From an uncultured Gammaproteobacteria bacterium (GTDB lineage Bacteria > Pseudomonadota > Gammaproteobacteria > Steroidobacterales > Steroidobacteraceae): a DNA stretch of 64,000 bases. Under the pieces are notes generated by a model. That model had not been told where the DNA came from. It did not search any database and worked only from the letters and a program-made list of their open reading frames with translations. The stretch spans positions 23,141 to 87,140 of the forward strand of contig CAVWME010000015.1 in the NCBI GenBank assembly GCA_963755935.1. Reading direction: 5' to 3'. The first letter of the stretch is position 1, and each line of letters opens with the position of its first letter. Shown here in pieces: positions 1 through 9,005 of this stretch. The position numbers were made by a program, and so were the translations under genes.

Positions 1-717
1 GTTCTTGAGTACCGTGAGTCCGAGCCGCCGAATCTCGCGCGTCCAAGCCCGCTCGCCGGAGTAGTACTCATGATTGCCCGTGACGAAAAATGCCCCATGG
101 CGTGCGGAGAGGTTGGAGAGGGGCGCTGTGTGGCTGGACAGCTGCTCGACCGATCCGTCGACCAGATCGCCGGTAACTGCGATGAGATCGGCTTGCAGGT
201 CATTCACCCGTGCGACCAAGCGCTCGACGAAGCGCCGGCGGATGGTCGGACCGACGTGCACGTCGCTGATTTGCGCGATGGCAAAGCCGTGCAGCGACGG
301 CGGCAGCCGCTCAATGGGAATATCGACGTGCACGAGACGCGGCCGACGCGCGACCAGGAAGCCGATCAATGTGAAAACCGCGGTAAGCACGAGCGCGTCG
401 ATGGCCGAGGGCCGAACGAGAGCGCTGTACGCGGCGGCGCCGAACACGAGCCGGGCCCCAAGCAGCGCCACATCGCGCAACAACGTCATCACAAACAACG
501 TGGAGAAAAATCCCATCGCGATCAGGCCGACCCAAGCGGATCGATCGCGCCGGCGTGCGGATCGAGGAATCAAGACACACGCCGCGATGAGGAGCGCGGC
601 GCCGAGGCCGATCCCCCGGGGGCTCTGCGTGAGGCCGGGCAGCAAGCGCAGGCCGAGGTACAGCGGAAGAGACAGGGCGAGCCAGATGGGACTCAACAGC
701 CGGCGACGATTGGGCAT
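1..717 (-). CDS. membrane-anchored metallophosphoesterase (calcineurin-like); 3' end runs off the left edge
   Basis: The reverse frame is open from the ATG (complement of 715-717) to base 1. My translation gives hydrophobic N-terminal segments followed by the phosphoesterase motifs ISDVHVG (DxH), TGDLVDG (GDxxD) and TGNHEYY (GNHE). It is absent from the ORF track because there is no stop inside the window. The plus ORFs 70..825 and 74..907 are its antisense shadows. Confidence 0.8.
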   Translation of the reverse strand, partial: MPNRRRLLSPIWLALSLPLYLGLRLLPGLTQSPRGIGLGAALLIAACVLIPRSARRRDRSAWVGLIAMGFFSTLFVMTLLRDVALLGARLVFGAAAYSALVRPSAIDALVLTAVFTLIGFLVARRPRLVHVDIPIERLPPSLHGFAIAQISDVHVGPTIRRRFVERLVARVNDLQADLIAVTGDLVDGSVEQLSSHTAPLSNLSARHGAFFVTGNHEYYSGERAWTREIRRLGLTVLKN

Positions 718-754
718 TACCGGCTGTTATGGGATCGAAACGGAGTCTTTCAAG

Positions 755-1810
755 TCAGCCGCGCGTGCCCCCGCTCGGCCCGTTTGGCGGCCGCCGCGGC
801 CTGCGCAACCCTTCCATACCCTTGAACTCGACGAACTGGGTGGTGGTCGCCCACAGGTAGTCTCCGTACAGGAACGGCTCGAAGGCATCGATCGGGTCCA
901 TGGGTAACGGCCGGATCTCGGCGTCGGCGCGCGCCTCGTAGAAGAAAGGAACGGACATGCGCGCCTCACCGCTGCCGATCACCCGGTGTTCCGTGGCTTT
1001 GATGCGCCCCGCACTCCAGCGCTCGAGCACTTTGCCGAAATTGACTGCGAGCGCGCCCTCGAGCGATGGCACGTCCAGCCATTCGCCATGGCGGCCGCGC
1101 GCTTGCAGTCCGCCGACGCCGTGCTGCGCCAGCAAGGTCAAAAAGCCGCTGTCGACGTGCGGAGCGCCGGTTACATAGCGGCGGGTACCTGCGTGCACCA
1201 CCCATACACTCGGATCGACTTCGGCAGCCTGTTGCAAGTCGATGCGCGGCGGGTAGCGGATAAAGCGCAGGGTCGAGAGCCCGCGATCGAACGCGTCGTC
1301 GAAGAAGTTCTCCGCAAGACGGAGGCTCCGCGCGATGGAGTGCATGAGGGCGCGGCTGGTCTCGATCATCCCATGGTAGTAACGAGCGACCGCCTCGCGC
1401 CAGCCCGGCAACGCCCGCTCGTCGGGCAGCGGCGTCCGCTCTTGCAGGGGATCGTCGCTGCGTGCGAGCGCTGAGCCGTAGGCGACATCCGGGCCCAGAT
1501 CGATGCCTTCCTTGCTGGTCAGAAACCCCGCCTGCAGCGGAAACCAGCCGCGATAGACATTCGCGTGCGAGGGATCAAACTTCCTGCGCCACAGGGGGCG
1601 AATCTCACGCTCGGGCAAATCGAACAAGCGCAACAGCTCAAGGCGCGATTCACGATCGACCGGCACCGAGTGCGGCAGGTTGCGTGCGAGGAAAAAGCCG
1701 GGCGCGGCCGCGGCCTGCAGAATTGCCTCGTCGGTGCGCGCCCGCTCCATTCGCTCGCTCAAGAAGAGCGACGAGACGTCAATTACGGGAATGGAGGAAT
1801 CGAGGAGCAT
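755..1810 (-). CDS. 2-oxoglutarate/Fe(II)-dependent oxygenase (isopenicillin-N-synthase-like family)
   Basis: This is the internal part of ORF 755..2179, starting at Met124 (MLLDSSIPVIDVSSL, complement of 1808-1810). It has the HxD facial triad in APHVDSGFLTLL, a distal His in ATEHRV and an RxS in RMSVPFF. The longer upstream extension overlaps the divergent gene and looks non-coding. Confidence 0.8.
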   Translation of the reverse strand: MLLDSSIPVIDVSSLFLSERMERARTDEAILQAAAAPGFFLARNLPHSVPVDRESRLELLRLFDLPEREIRPLWRRKFDPSHANVYRGWFPLQAGFLTSKEGIDLGPDVAYGSALARSDDPLQERTPLPDERALPGWREAVARYYHGMIETSRALMHSIARSLRLAENFFDDAFDRGLSTLRFIRYPPRIDLQQAAEVDPSVWVVHAGTRRYVTGAPHVDSGFLTLLAQHGVGGLQARGRHGEWLDVPSLEGALAVNFGKVLERWSAGRIKATEHRVIGSGEARMSVPFFYEARADAEIRPLPMDPIDAFEPFLYGDYLWATTTQFVEFKGMEGLRRPRRPPNGPSGGTRG

Positions 1811-1874
1811 GGCAGGCGCGCCGACATGCTCCTCCCCACGCCGTATAATGGCAAGTTTGCGTGCGAGAGGACTC

Positions 1875-3203
1875 ATGGGCCCGTATGTCGACTCGGTAAG
1901 GTCCGATGAACAGATGCCGGCAGCCACCAGCGTCGTGATCATCGGCGGCGGCATTATCGGCACTTCGGCAGCACTGTCGCTGGCTGCGCGGGGCATTCCT
2001 GTCGTGCTCTGCGAGAAGGCGTATATCGCCTGCGAGCAATCCAGCCGCAACTGGGGGTGGTGTCGACAGACCGGCCGCGACGAGCGCGAGATGCCGCTGA
2101 TCGTCGAGAGCTTGCGCCTATGGCGCGACATGGATCGGCTGACGGACAGCGCCACAGGATTTCGCGAAAGCGGCGTCATGTACGTCGGGGAATCCGCGCA
2201 GGACGAGGAGCGTTTCCAGGCATGGCTCGAGATGGCGCGCCCTTTCGAGATCGGCGCACGCCTGGTGCGCGGCGCGGATCTCGAGCGGTTGATGGGAGGT
2301 GCCCAGCGGCATTACCGCTGCGCGCTGCACGTGCCCGGCGATGGATGCGCGGAGCCCCAGAAGGCTGCTCCGGCCATCGCGCGGGCCGCACAGCGCATGG
2401 GCGCCGTCATGCTGGCTCACTGCGCCGTGCGGGGACTCGAGCGCCAGGCGGGGCGGGTGAGCGGGGTGATTACGGAGCGGGGATCGATCCGCTGCGAGGC
2501 GGTGATCTTGGCGGGGGGCGCCTGGACGAGCCTGTTCTGCGCAAGCCTCGGGGTTCGCCTGCCGCAATTGAAAGTGCTGTCCTCCGTGATGCGGACCGCG
2601 TCCGTGGCGGGCGCACCCGACACGTGTACGTACATGGACGAGGTGGCCTATCGCAAGCGCCTCGATGGCGGCTACACCATCGCTCGCGGCTCGGGATTTC
2701 TGGTCCCCCTGGTCCCGGATTCGCTGCGTTATCTTCGAGAGTTTTCGCCGACCCTCAAGAAGGAGCGCGGCAACATGAAGCTGCGCTTCAACGCCCAATC
2801 TTTCACGGAATGGACGGGACCGCGGCGCTGGCCGCTCGACGGCCCGAGTCCCTTCGAGCGCGACCGGGTGCTCGATCCGCCGCCGGACCGGGCATTGAAC
2901 AGCGCGGCCCACGAGGCGATGATCCGGCTGTATCCGCAGTTTCGCGACGTACCCATCGTGCAGCAATGGGCCGGGTATATCGACGTCAGCCCGGATGTAG
3001 TGCCCTATATCGGGCCTGCAGGTGCGGTGCCGGGTTTGACCGTGGCGACTGGGTTCTCAGGCCACGGTTTCGGCATCGGCCCCGGTGCCGGCCGCCTCGC
3101 TGCAGATCTCGCGACCGCACAGACTCCCTCGGTCGACGCCGCCCCGTTTCGCCTGTCGCGTTTCGAGGACGGCTCTCCCGTCGTCATCGGGCCGGAAATC
3201 TAG
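1875..3203 (+). CDS. FAD-dependent oxidoreductase (DAO / D-amino-acid dehydrogenase family)
   Basis: Part of ORF 1680..3203. It has a Rossmann dinucleotide fold in VVIIGGGIIGTSAALSLAARG and a C-terminal ATGFSGHGFGIGPGAG. The start is either ATG 1875 or ATG 1914. Confidence 0.8.
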   Translation: MGPYVDSVRSDEQMPAATSVVIIGGGIIGTSAALSLAARGIPVVLCEKAYIACEQSSRNWGWCRQTGRDEREMPLIVESLRLWRDMDRLTDSATGFRESGVMYVGESAQDEERFQAWLEMARPFEIGARLVRGADLERLMGGAQRHYRCALHVPGDGCAEPQKAAPAIARAAQRMGAVMLAHCAVRGLERQAGRVSGVITERGSIRCEAVILAGGAWTSLFCASLGVRLPQLKVLSSVMRTASVAGAPDTCTYMDEVAYRKRLDGGYTIARGSGFLVPLVPDSLRYLREFSPTLKKERGNMKLRFNAQSFTEWTGPRRWPLDGPSPFERDRVLDPPPDRALNSAAHEAMIRLYPQFRDVPIVQQWAGYIDVSPDVVPYIGPAGAVPGLTVATGFSGHGFGIGPGAGRLAADLATAQTPSVDAAPFRLSRFEDGSPVVIGPEI

Positions 3204-3212
3204 CGGATCAGG

Positions 3213-4034
3213 TCACTGCGTCGGTTTGCGGAATCGCAGTACGAAGTTATCTGCCTCGCCCACTGCAATGTATTTCGCGCGGTCCTTGTCGCCCTGAGAG
3301 AGCGTGGGCGGTAACGTCCATACGCCATCCACCCAGTCCTTGGTATCTTTGGGATTGGCGTTTATCTCGGATGATCCGGCCAACACGAATCCTGCCTTCT
3401 TCGCGAGCGCGATCGTATAGTCCTCGCGCACGTAGCCATCCGCTGCCTTGGGGTCCTGAGGCTTGTCTTTGCGACCGCGATGCTCTTCGATGCCGAGGAT
3501 GCCGCCCGGTTTGAGCGCCGTGAAGCATGCTGCCAGCGCCTGGTCGGCGTATCCGCCGTCCATCCAGTTGTGCAGATTGCGGAACGTGAGCACGAGATCG
3601 GCGGAGCCGGGCGGCGCGATGTCGAAATGGCCGGTGCCCAGGCTGGTTTCATGGATCGTGCCGATTTGGCTCTTCATGGCATCGATGCGCGCGTGCCATT
3701 TGGCGTTGCCTTGCTCGGCCTCGGTATTGTTCGAGGGCTCGAGCGCCACGTAGTAGGTCCCCTGCTTGGCGAGGTAGGGGCCGAGTATCTCGGTCCAGTA
3801 GCCGCCACCGGGCCACAGCTCCACCACGGTCATGTTGGGTTTTATGCCGAAAAACGCGAGCTCCTCGGCCGGATGGCGCACCTTGTCGCGCGCCACGAAA
3901 TTCGAGGTGCGCGCCGGATTGGCGACCGCAGCCTTCAGGGCCGCGTCCGGGACGCCAGCCGCCGCGCCCAGACACCAAACAAGTCCCGCAAGGCTCGCAA
4001 CGAGGTGAAAAGTTCGAGATGCCGAGGCATTCAT
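3213..4034 (-). CDS. secreted class I SAM-dependent methyltransferase-like protein
   Basis: Part of ORF 3213..4067, starting at Met12 (MNASASRTFHLVASLAGLVWCLGAAAG looks like a signal peptide). It has a motif I-like VVELWPGGGYWTEIL and a post-I/II region LKPGGILGIEEH. Confidence 0.7.
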   Translation of the reverse strand: MNASASRTFHLVASLAGLVWCLGAAAGVPDAALKAAVANPARTSNFVARDKVRHPAEELAFFGIKPNMTVVELWPGGGYWTEILGPYLAKQGTYYVALEPSNNTEAEQGNAKWHARIDAMKSQIGTIHETSLGTGHFDIAPPGSADLVLTFRNLHNWMDGGYADQALAACFTALKPGGILGIEEHRGRKDKPQDPKAADGYVREDYTIALAKKAGFVLAGSSEINANPKDTKDWVDGVWTLPPTLSQGDKDRAKYIAVGEADNFVLRFRKPTQ

Positions 4035-4082
4035 GCGCAGTCTCCTGGAAGTTTTTGCCGCAACCATTGCGGCCCATATGAC

Positions 4083-4766
4083 TTAGTTGGGCGGCGAATC
4101 GCCGCTGAAAGGAATTGCCGTCGCGCCGGTGATGGTACCCACGGTAGCCCGATCGCTCACATAGAGCTTCACCTCGCGCTCGAAACGCAGGTCCCCGCCG
4201 ACGCTGGCTCCCGGTCCGATGACGATGCGCGGTACGCTGGTGTCGAAATTAAGCAAGCCATGATCGACCTTTTGCACGTGAATGCCGTGCTCGACGCGCG
4301 AGTCGCCGCGGATGTCGATATTGCCGTTGACGGTGGTAATACTTCCATCGACACGCGCGGCGGATAGACGGATGCCGCCGTTCACGTTCTCGAGAGATCC
4401 GCTCACGAGAGCGCCGTCGCCTAAGACGATGCGACCGTTCACCGAGTCGAGGGCGCCCGACACATGCGCGCCCGCACCCACGTTGATGTCGCCGTTCACC
4501 GTGGTCAGAGAGTCGGCCGTCGCGCGTGCACCGAGTGCGATATGACCGTTCACGGTCTTGGCCGAGGTCACCGCGGCATTGGCATCAATATCGATGCCGC
4601 CGTTGACGGTGTCCGCAGCGCCCGCCGCGCGGCCGGCCGGAATGTGCACCGAGCCATTCACCCGGCTCGAGGCATCGCTCGTCTCGTCGCAGCCGAACAG
4701 CGTCAGGGTGACGATCAGGAATCCGAGCAGCGGCGCGAATGGCCGCGGTAAAGCATTTGAATTCAC
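4083..4766 (-). CDS. lipoprotein with seven ~18-residue VNGxI repeats (bactofilin/DUF583-like beta-helix suspected)
   Basis: GTG start with a GGGGGAGAG Shine-Dalgarno sequence. Lipobox LTLFGC. The repeats are RVNGSV, TVNGGI, TVNGHI, TVNGDI, SVNGRI, NVNGGI and TVNGNI, spaced about 18 aa apart. Confidence 0.7.
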   Translation of the reverse strand: MNSNALPRPFAPLLGFLIVTLTLFGCDETSDASSRVNGSVHIPAGRAAGAADTVNGGIDIDANAAVTSAKTVNGHIALGARATADSLTTVNGDINVGAGAHVSGALDSVNGRIVLGDGALVSGSLENVNGGIRLSAARVDGSITTVNGNIDIRGDSRVEHGIHVQKVDHGLLNFDTSVPRIVIGPGASVGGDLRFEREVKLYVSDRATVGTITGATAIPFSGDSPPN

Positions 4767-4905
4767 GATCTCTCCCCCGGGTGCGTCGATCGATCCACGA
4801 TCGGCAAAACCTTACGGTGTTCCGCACGCAACGCCGACAGACTTTACCACGCCGCGATATCAGCCTTGCAATTCATCACGAGACCCGTCGTCCAAAGGAG
4901 ACATC

Positions 4906-5331
4906 ATGCCGCGTCAAATTCCGTCACTCACACTTGCCGATGCCCGCAATCTGATCGCTGCCGGCGAAAAGAAAGCCCGCGAGCTCGGCATCCCCTACAA
5001 CTTGGCGGTGGTCGATGCTGGCGGGGGACTCATCGCCCACGTGCGCATGGACGGCGCATGGCTCGGCAGCGTCGACATCTCGATCAACAAGGCGTGGACC
5101 GCCAGGGCGTTCGACATGGCGACGGAGAAGCTTGGCAAGATGGCGCAATCGGGCAAGCCATTGTTCGGCATCGACAGCACCAATCACGAGAAAGTGGTCA
5201 TCTTCGGCGGCGGTATTCCCATCAAGATCGGGGACACGGTCGTGGGCGGTCTTGGTGCGAGCGGCGGCACGGTGGATCAAGACCTGGAAGTCGCCGAGGC
5301 GGCGGTCGCTGCCTTCGACCCGAAACACTAA
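4906..5331 (+). CDS. GlcG/HbpS-like (DUF336) family protein
   Basis: ATG 4906 is preceded by AAAGGAGA. The 141-aa product contains GIPYNLAVVDAGGGLIAHVRMDGA and GGGIPIKIGDTVVGGLGASGG, which are typical of the family. The upstream part of ORF 4558..5331 is antisense to the lipoprotein gene. Confidence 0.8.
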   Translation: MPRQIPSLTLADARNLIAAGEKKARELGIPYNLAVVDAGGGLIAHVRMDGAWLGSVDISINKAWTARAFDMATEKLGKMAQSGKPLFGIDSTNHEKVVIFGGGIPIKIGDTVVGGLGASGGTVDQDLEVAEAAVAAFDPKH

Positions 5332-6137
5332 AGCGGGAGCTGCGGGACCCCGTAGTCATCCAAAATGGCATGAATGCGAGGCGCCTCGGATTTCAGTGCG
5401 GTCTCGATGAGGGGCCGAAGCGGCCCTTCAACCCGTACGGCCATCGATATCTCATAGGTCATGGGGGCGGTCGGGTCCGCGGCAGGGGTCACCGGCTCGA
5501 TATGCAGCGCCAGCGGCGAATGGCGCGCATAAAAGCCAGCCTGTGGCCCCCACACCAGGGCGATATCGATTTGCCGCCTCGCCAAGGCATCGAGGATGGT
5601 CGCGCTCGGGTTTGACTGTGCGGTGTCCCCGTAAACCATGAATCCTCTTACATTCGAAATGATTCCCCGTTCGGCGAGCGCGTGAGCGGGCGGCGTATTG
5701 TTCGACTCGGTGCCGAGCATCTGCACGCCGATCAGGCGGGAGCGCAGCCGGGGATCATCGAGCGTGAGGCCCGAGAGCCCATCGGACTCCCGCGTGACGA
5801 ACACGTAGGTCGAGCGGTAATAGGGAGCGGTGCTGATCACCTGTTCCATGCCATGCGCCACCCCGAGCCAGAGGTCGCATTGCGCCGCGCCCAGGGTCTT
5901 GCGAACGAAGCCGCGGCGCTGCGACCACCAAACGTAGCTCAGCGGGTGATTGAGGTCGGCGGCGACGAGTTGCGCGATCTTGTTCTCGAAGCCTTGTTGC
6001 GCTTCGTTCGAAAACGGCAGGTCATTGGGATCCGCGCACACGGTGAGCGGGACGACCCGATCGTCACTGCGGGCGAACGCGGCGAGAAGCAGTGATGCAA
6101 GCAGCAACCCGCCGCGTGCGGTCGCCAGCGCCGTCAT
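5328..6137 (-). CDS. xoxJ: quinoprotein-dehydrogenase-associated periplasmic binding protein (MoxJ/XoxJ family)
   Basis: 269 aa with a signal peptide. LTVCADPNDLPFSNE and the overall periplasmic-binding-protein type 3 layout match the MoxJ-like family. It overlaps the upstream cytochrome gene by 4 nt. Confidence 0.7.
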   Translation of the reverse strand: MTALATARGGLLLASLLLAAFARSDDRVVPLTVCADPNDLPFSNEAQQGFENKIAQLVAADLNHPLSYVWWSQRRGFVRKTLGAAQCDLWLGVAHGMEQVISTAPYYRSTYVFVTRESDGLSGLTLDDPRLRSRLIGVQMLGTESNNTPPAHALAERGIISNVRGFMVYGDTAQSNPSATILDALARRQIDIALVWGPQAGFYARHSPLALHIEPVTPAADPTAPMTYEISMAVRVEGPLRPLIETALKSEAPRIHAILDDYGVPQLPL

Positions 6138-6793
6138 GTCGGGCCCTTGCTGTCCGCCGCGCCGCCCCCCTCGTAAGCGGAACCTTCCAGGGTCGTTCCA
6201 TAGTCATTGGTGGTGCTCGCCGGTGGCGTCCAGCCCGGGTCCTCATCAGCAGCGCGTGGCACGACCGCAGGCGTTTGACCGGGCGTATCGTCAGCTTCGG
6301 CTGCGAGGGTTGCGGGAAGCGATAGTGAGCGCACATAGGTCGCGAGTTGCCAGAGCTCTTGATCGGGGATCTTGCCGCCCCAGGCGGGCATGCCATTCGG
6401 CCGACCTTCGACCAAGGTCTGATGGATCTGCGCCAGCCGGCTGCCGTAGATCCACCCACCGTCCATCAGGTCGGGCCCCATGCCGCCACCGCCGCTCGAA
6501 TGACAGCCGTTGCAGTTGTACTGCGCGAACAGCCGCTTGCCCGCCGCGACTGCGTCCGCGTTATCGTAGTACTGGGCGGCGCGTCGATCTTCGCTGACCA
6601 GGCTCTTACCGACGCCCGGCGTCAGCGCACTGTCGATGACCCCGAAATGATCCGGTTGTTCCGCGGGCAACCCTTGCCCAGGCTCGTGGTTGCAGCCCCC
6701 GAGGAGCGCCGCAGTGAGGAGCGCCGCAGTGATCCCTGAGCGACGACTCGGCCAAAGTCCCGTTGAGTTAGTGCTGTGGAAGCGCGAACACAT
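6134..6793 (-). CDS. mono-haem c-type cytochrome lipoprotein (in the XoxG position)
   Basis: Part of ORF 6134..6853. The only in-frame start after the upstream stop region is ATG 6793, which overlaps the xoxF end by 26 nt. It has the lipobox LLGGC, the haem motif CNGCH and a distal Met in GRPNGMPAWG. The Thr/Gly-rich C-terminal tail is unusual. Confidence 0.75.
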   Translation of the reverse strand: MCSRFHSTNSTGLWPSRRSGITAALLTAALLGGCNHEPGQGLPAEQPDHFGVIDSALTPGVGKSLVSEDRRAAQYYDNADAVAAGKRLFAQYNCNGCHSSGGGGMGPDLMDGGWIYGSRLAQIHQTLVEGRPNGMPAWGGKIPDQELWQLATYVRSLSLPATLAAEADDTPGQTPAVVPRAADEDPGWTPPASTTNDYGTTLEGSAYEGGGAADSKGPT

Positions 6794-8648
6794 AGAGCGT
6801 TCCTCCGGCCGTGGTGTATTTCGGGAGATCGGACATCGCCGCCACCATGCCAAGCGCCGCCGAACCGTCCCGCGGATCGACCGGACCGGAGACTATGGCG
6901 CCCGACCAGCCGCCGACCCCGCTCAGTACGGCAATGTACTGACGGCCGTCGGGGCCGCGGTAACTCACCGGTTGGCTGATGATTCCGCTGTCGACCTTGA
7001 AGCGCCACAGCAGCTCGCCCGTGCGCGCATTGACTGCCTTGAACCACCCATCCATCGTGCCGTAGAACAGGAGGTCTGAGGCCGTCACGACGCTGCTCGA
7101 CCAGATCGGAAAGTTCTCCTTGTCCTGCCAGGCCGGCTTGCGCGCGACCGGATCCCACGCCGTCAGCAGGCCGCGGTTACCGCCCGGTCCGGGTTTCATG
7201 TGTACGAGAGCGCCCACATAGGGAGTGCCAGCGATGTAGTTGACCTGCACGTCCTCCCAGTCCATGCACATGTTCTCGTGCCCGATGTACAGCAAACCCG
7301 TGCGCGGGCTGAAGCTCGATGGATTCCAGTCCTTCGCGCCCGACGCCGTCGGACAGATGTTGGTCACTGTCGCGCCGACTTTGGTCAACTTCGCGGGGTT
7401 CATATTGGGACGCCCGGTCTGCAAATCGATGCCCTGGATCGAGTTGACCGGCCCGAAAGGATCGGCCGAAAGCACCGTCCCCGTGTTGCGCTCGATCACA
7501 TAGATAAAGCCGTTGCGATCGATGTGGATCAGCACCTTCTGCATCTTGCCGTCGAACGGCATGTCGAGCAGCAGCTGCTCGTTGATGCCGTCGTAGTCAT
7601 GCTCGTCATGCGGCGAGTACTGGTAATACCAACGCGCGGCCCCGGTGTTCGGATCACGCGAGAAAATGCCGGTGGTCCACTTGTTGTCGCCCGGCCGCTG
7701 CTCCTGGTTCCATGGCCCGGGATTGCCCGTGCCGTGGTAGACCGTGTGCAGCTCGGCGTCGTAGTTGGCCCAGCCCCACATGTTGCCGCCGCCGATCATC
7801 CACGCCTGCGGGGGCCAGGATGAGACGCCGAGATCCTTGCCCCGGTCGGCGGCATAGTGCGGTTTGAACTCGGGGCCGATCAGCACATCCTTGTCGGGGC
7901 CCGTCGCATAGGCTTTCCACAGAAGCTTCCCGGTGCTCTCATCGAGCGCGATGAACCAGCCGCGAACTCCCATCTCGCCCCCCGAGTTGCCGACGTAGAC
8001 CTTGCCGTCCGCCACCAGCGGCGCCATCGTGATGGTCTCGCCGACGGCGATATTGCCGAGCTGCGTGCGCCACACGGGTTTGCCCGTCTTCACATCGAGT
8101 GCGATCGTTTGTCCGTCGAGGGTGTTGAAGATGTACTTCCCATGATCGACCGAGCCGCCACGATTGACCACGTCGCAGCAGGCGATGCCCTGGCTCGCCG
8201 GCGCCGGACTCGGGGCGAAGCGCCACTTCATCGGCGCGCCGGGTTTGGAGAGATCGAGCGCGTACACGTAGTTCGGATAAGCCGTCACGATGTACATCGT
8301 GTTGTCCGCGACGATGGGTGCCGCCTCCTCACCTTTGATGACGCCGAGGGAAAACGTGAACCGCGCCGTCAGCGTCGCGACGTTCTGTGGTGTGATCTCG
8401 GTGAGCTCGGAGTAGCGCGTCTGCGCGTAATTCTTGGCAGGCATGGTCCATTGCCCGTCATCGGGCGGCGCATTCGCGGCGCTCGGCGCTGTGTGTCCTG
8501 CCTGCGGCGTGGGCGCGGCGAGGGCATGACCGATCTGCTCGGGCGAGAATATTTCCGACTCGGGAACGGGGGCCGGAACCGTCTGCGCCGTGGCGACAGC
8601 GGCGTAGAGCGCCGCCGACGCGAGTGCGAGATGCAGTGGAGTTCTCAT
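6768..8648 (-). CDS. xoxF: PQQ-dependent methanol/ethanol-family dehydrogenase, XoxF-like with the lanthanide-type D-Y-D signature
   Basis: 626 aa with a signal peptide. It has the vicinal disulfide GIACCDVVNRG, PHDEHDYDGINEQ (D351-Y-D353, nt 7590-7598) and propeller W-motifs. xoxJ and cytochrome genes lie downstream. Confidence 0.9.
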   Translation of the reverse strand: MRTPLHLALASAALYAAVATAQTVPAPVPESEIFSPEQIGHALAAPTPQAGHTAPSAANAPPDDGQWTMPAKNYAQTRYSELTEITPQNVATLTARFTFSLGVIKGEEAAPIVADNTMYIVTAYPNYVYALDLSKPGAPMKWRFAPSPAPASQGIACCDVVNRGGSVDHGKYIFNTLDGQTIALDVKTGKPVWRTQLGNIAVGETITMAPLVADGKVYVGNSGGEMGVRGWFIALDESTGKLLWKAYATGPDKDVLIGPEFKPHYAADRGKDLGVSSWPPQAWMIGGGNMWGWANYDAELHTVYHGTGNPGPWNQEQRPGDNKWTTGIFSRDPNTGAARWYYQYSPHDEHDYDGINEQLLLDMPFDGKMQKVLIHIDRNGFIYVIERNTGTVLSADPFGPVNSIQGIDLQTGRPNMNPAKLTKVGATVTNICPTASGAKDWNPSSFSPRTGLLYIGHENMCMDWEDVQVNYIAGTPYVGALVHMKPGPGGNRGLLTAWDPVARKPAWQDKENFPIWSSSVVTASDLLFYGTMDGWFKAVNARTGELLWRFKVDSGIISQPVSYRGPDGRQYIAVLSGVGGWSGAIVSGPVDPRDGSAALGMVAAMSDLPKYTTAGGTLYVFALPQH

Positions 8649-8651
8649 TGC

Positions 8652-9005
8652 TTACTGGCCTTGCGAATAGAGATAAGAAGCGATGAGGCGCGCCTGCTCG
8701 TAGGTCACGCCGGTATCCGGCATCACATTGCCCGGCAGCATCGCCTGCGGGGCGGAGATCCACCGGGCGAGATTGTCGGGCGTGTTGACGAAGTGTCCGG
8801 CGATGATCATCTGCCGGCCGATGCCGTCGAGCGAGGGACCCACGCGCCCCTCTGTCCCCGGAACCCCCGGCACGCGATGGCAGGCGCCGCAGTTTTCAGC
8901 GATGAGCGACTTCGCCTCCAAGATGCGTGCATGGCGCGCCTGCCAGCGGTGACCATGGTGACATCCGCTGAGCAGCAGGAGCGATGCGAGCATCAGCCGG
9001 CGCAT
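8652..9005 (-). CDS. mono-haem c-type cytochrome lipoprotein
   Basis: 117 aa with the lipobox LLSGC and the haem motif CGACH. It is a paralogue of the C-terminal cytochrome domain of oxidase subunit II (NLARWISAPQAMLPGNVMP compared with NLSGWIEDPQAVKPESLMP). Confidence 0.85.
   Translation of the reverse strand: MRRLMLASLLLLSGCHHGHRWQARHARILEAKSLIAENCGACHRVPGVPGTEGRVGPSLDGIGRQMIIAGHFVNTPDNLARWISAPQAMLPGNVMPDTGVTYEQARLIASYLYSQGQ

Noticed and set aside
70-907. The 251-aa and 277-aa plus-strand ORFs at the left edge.
   Set aside because: They are antisense shadows of the metallophosphoesterase gene. The products are Arg/Gly/Ala-rich, have no motifs, and overlap a frame with clear phosphoesterase signatures.
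5328-5331. Convergent gene pairs whose stop codons overlap by 4 nt: glcG-like/xoxJ here and subtilase/oxidoreductase at 62177-62180.
   Set aside because: The overlaps are real in the sequence, but this is a common consequence of compact GC-rich genomes. It implies no specific mechanism by itself.
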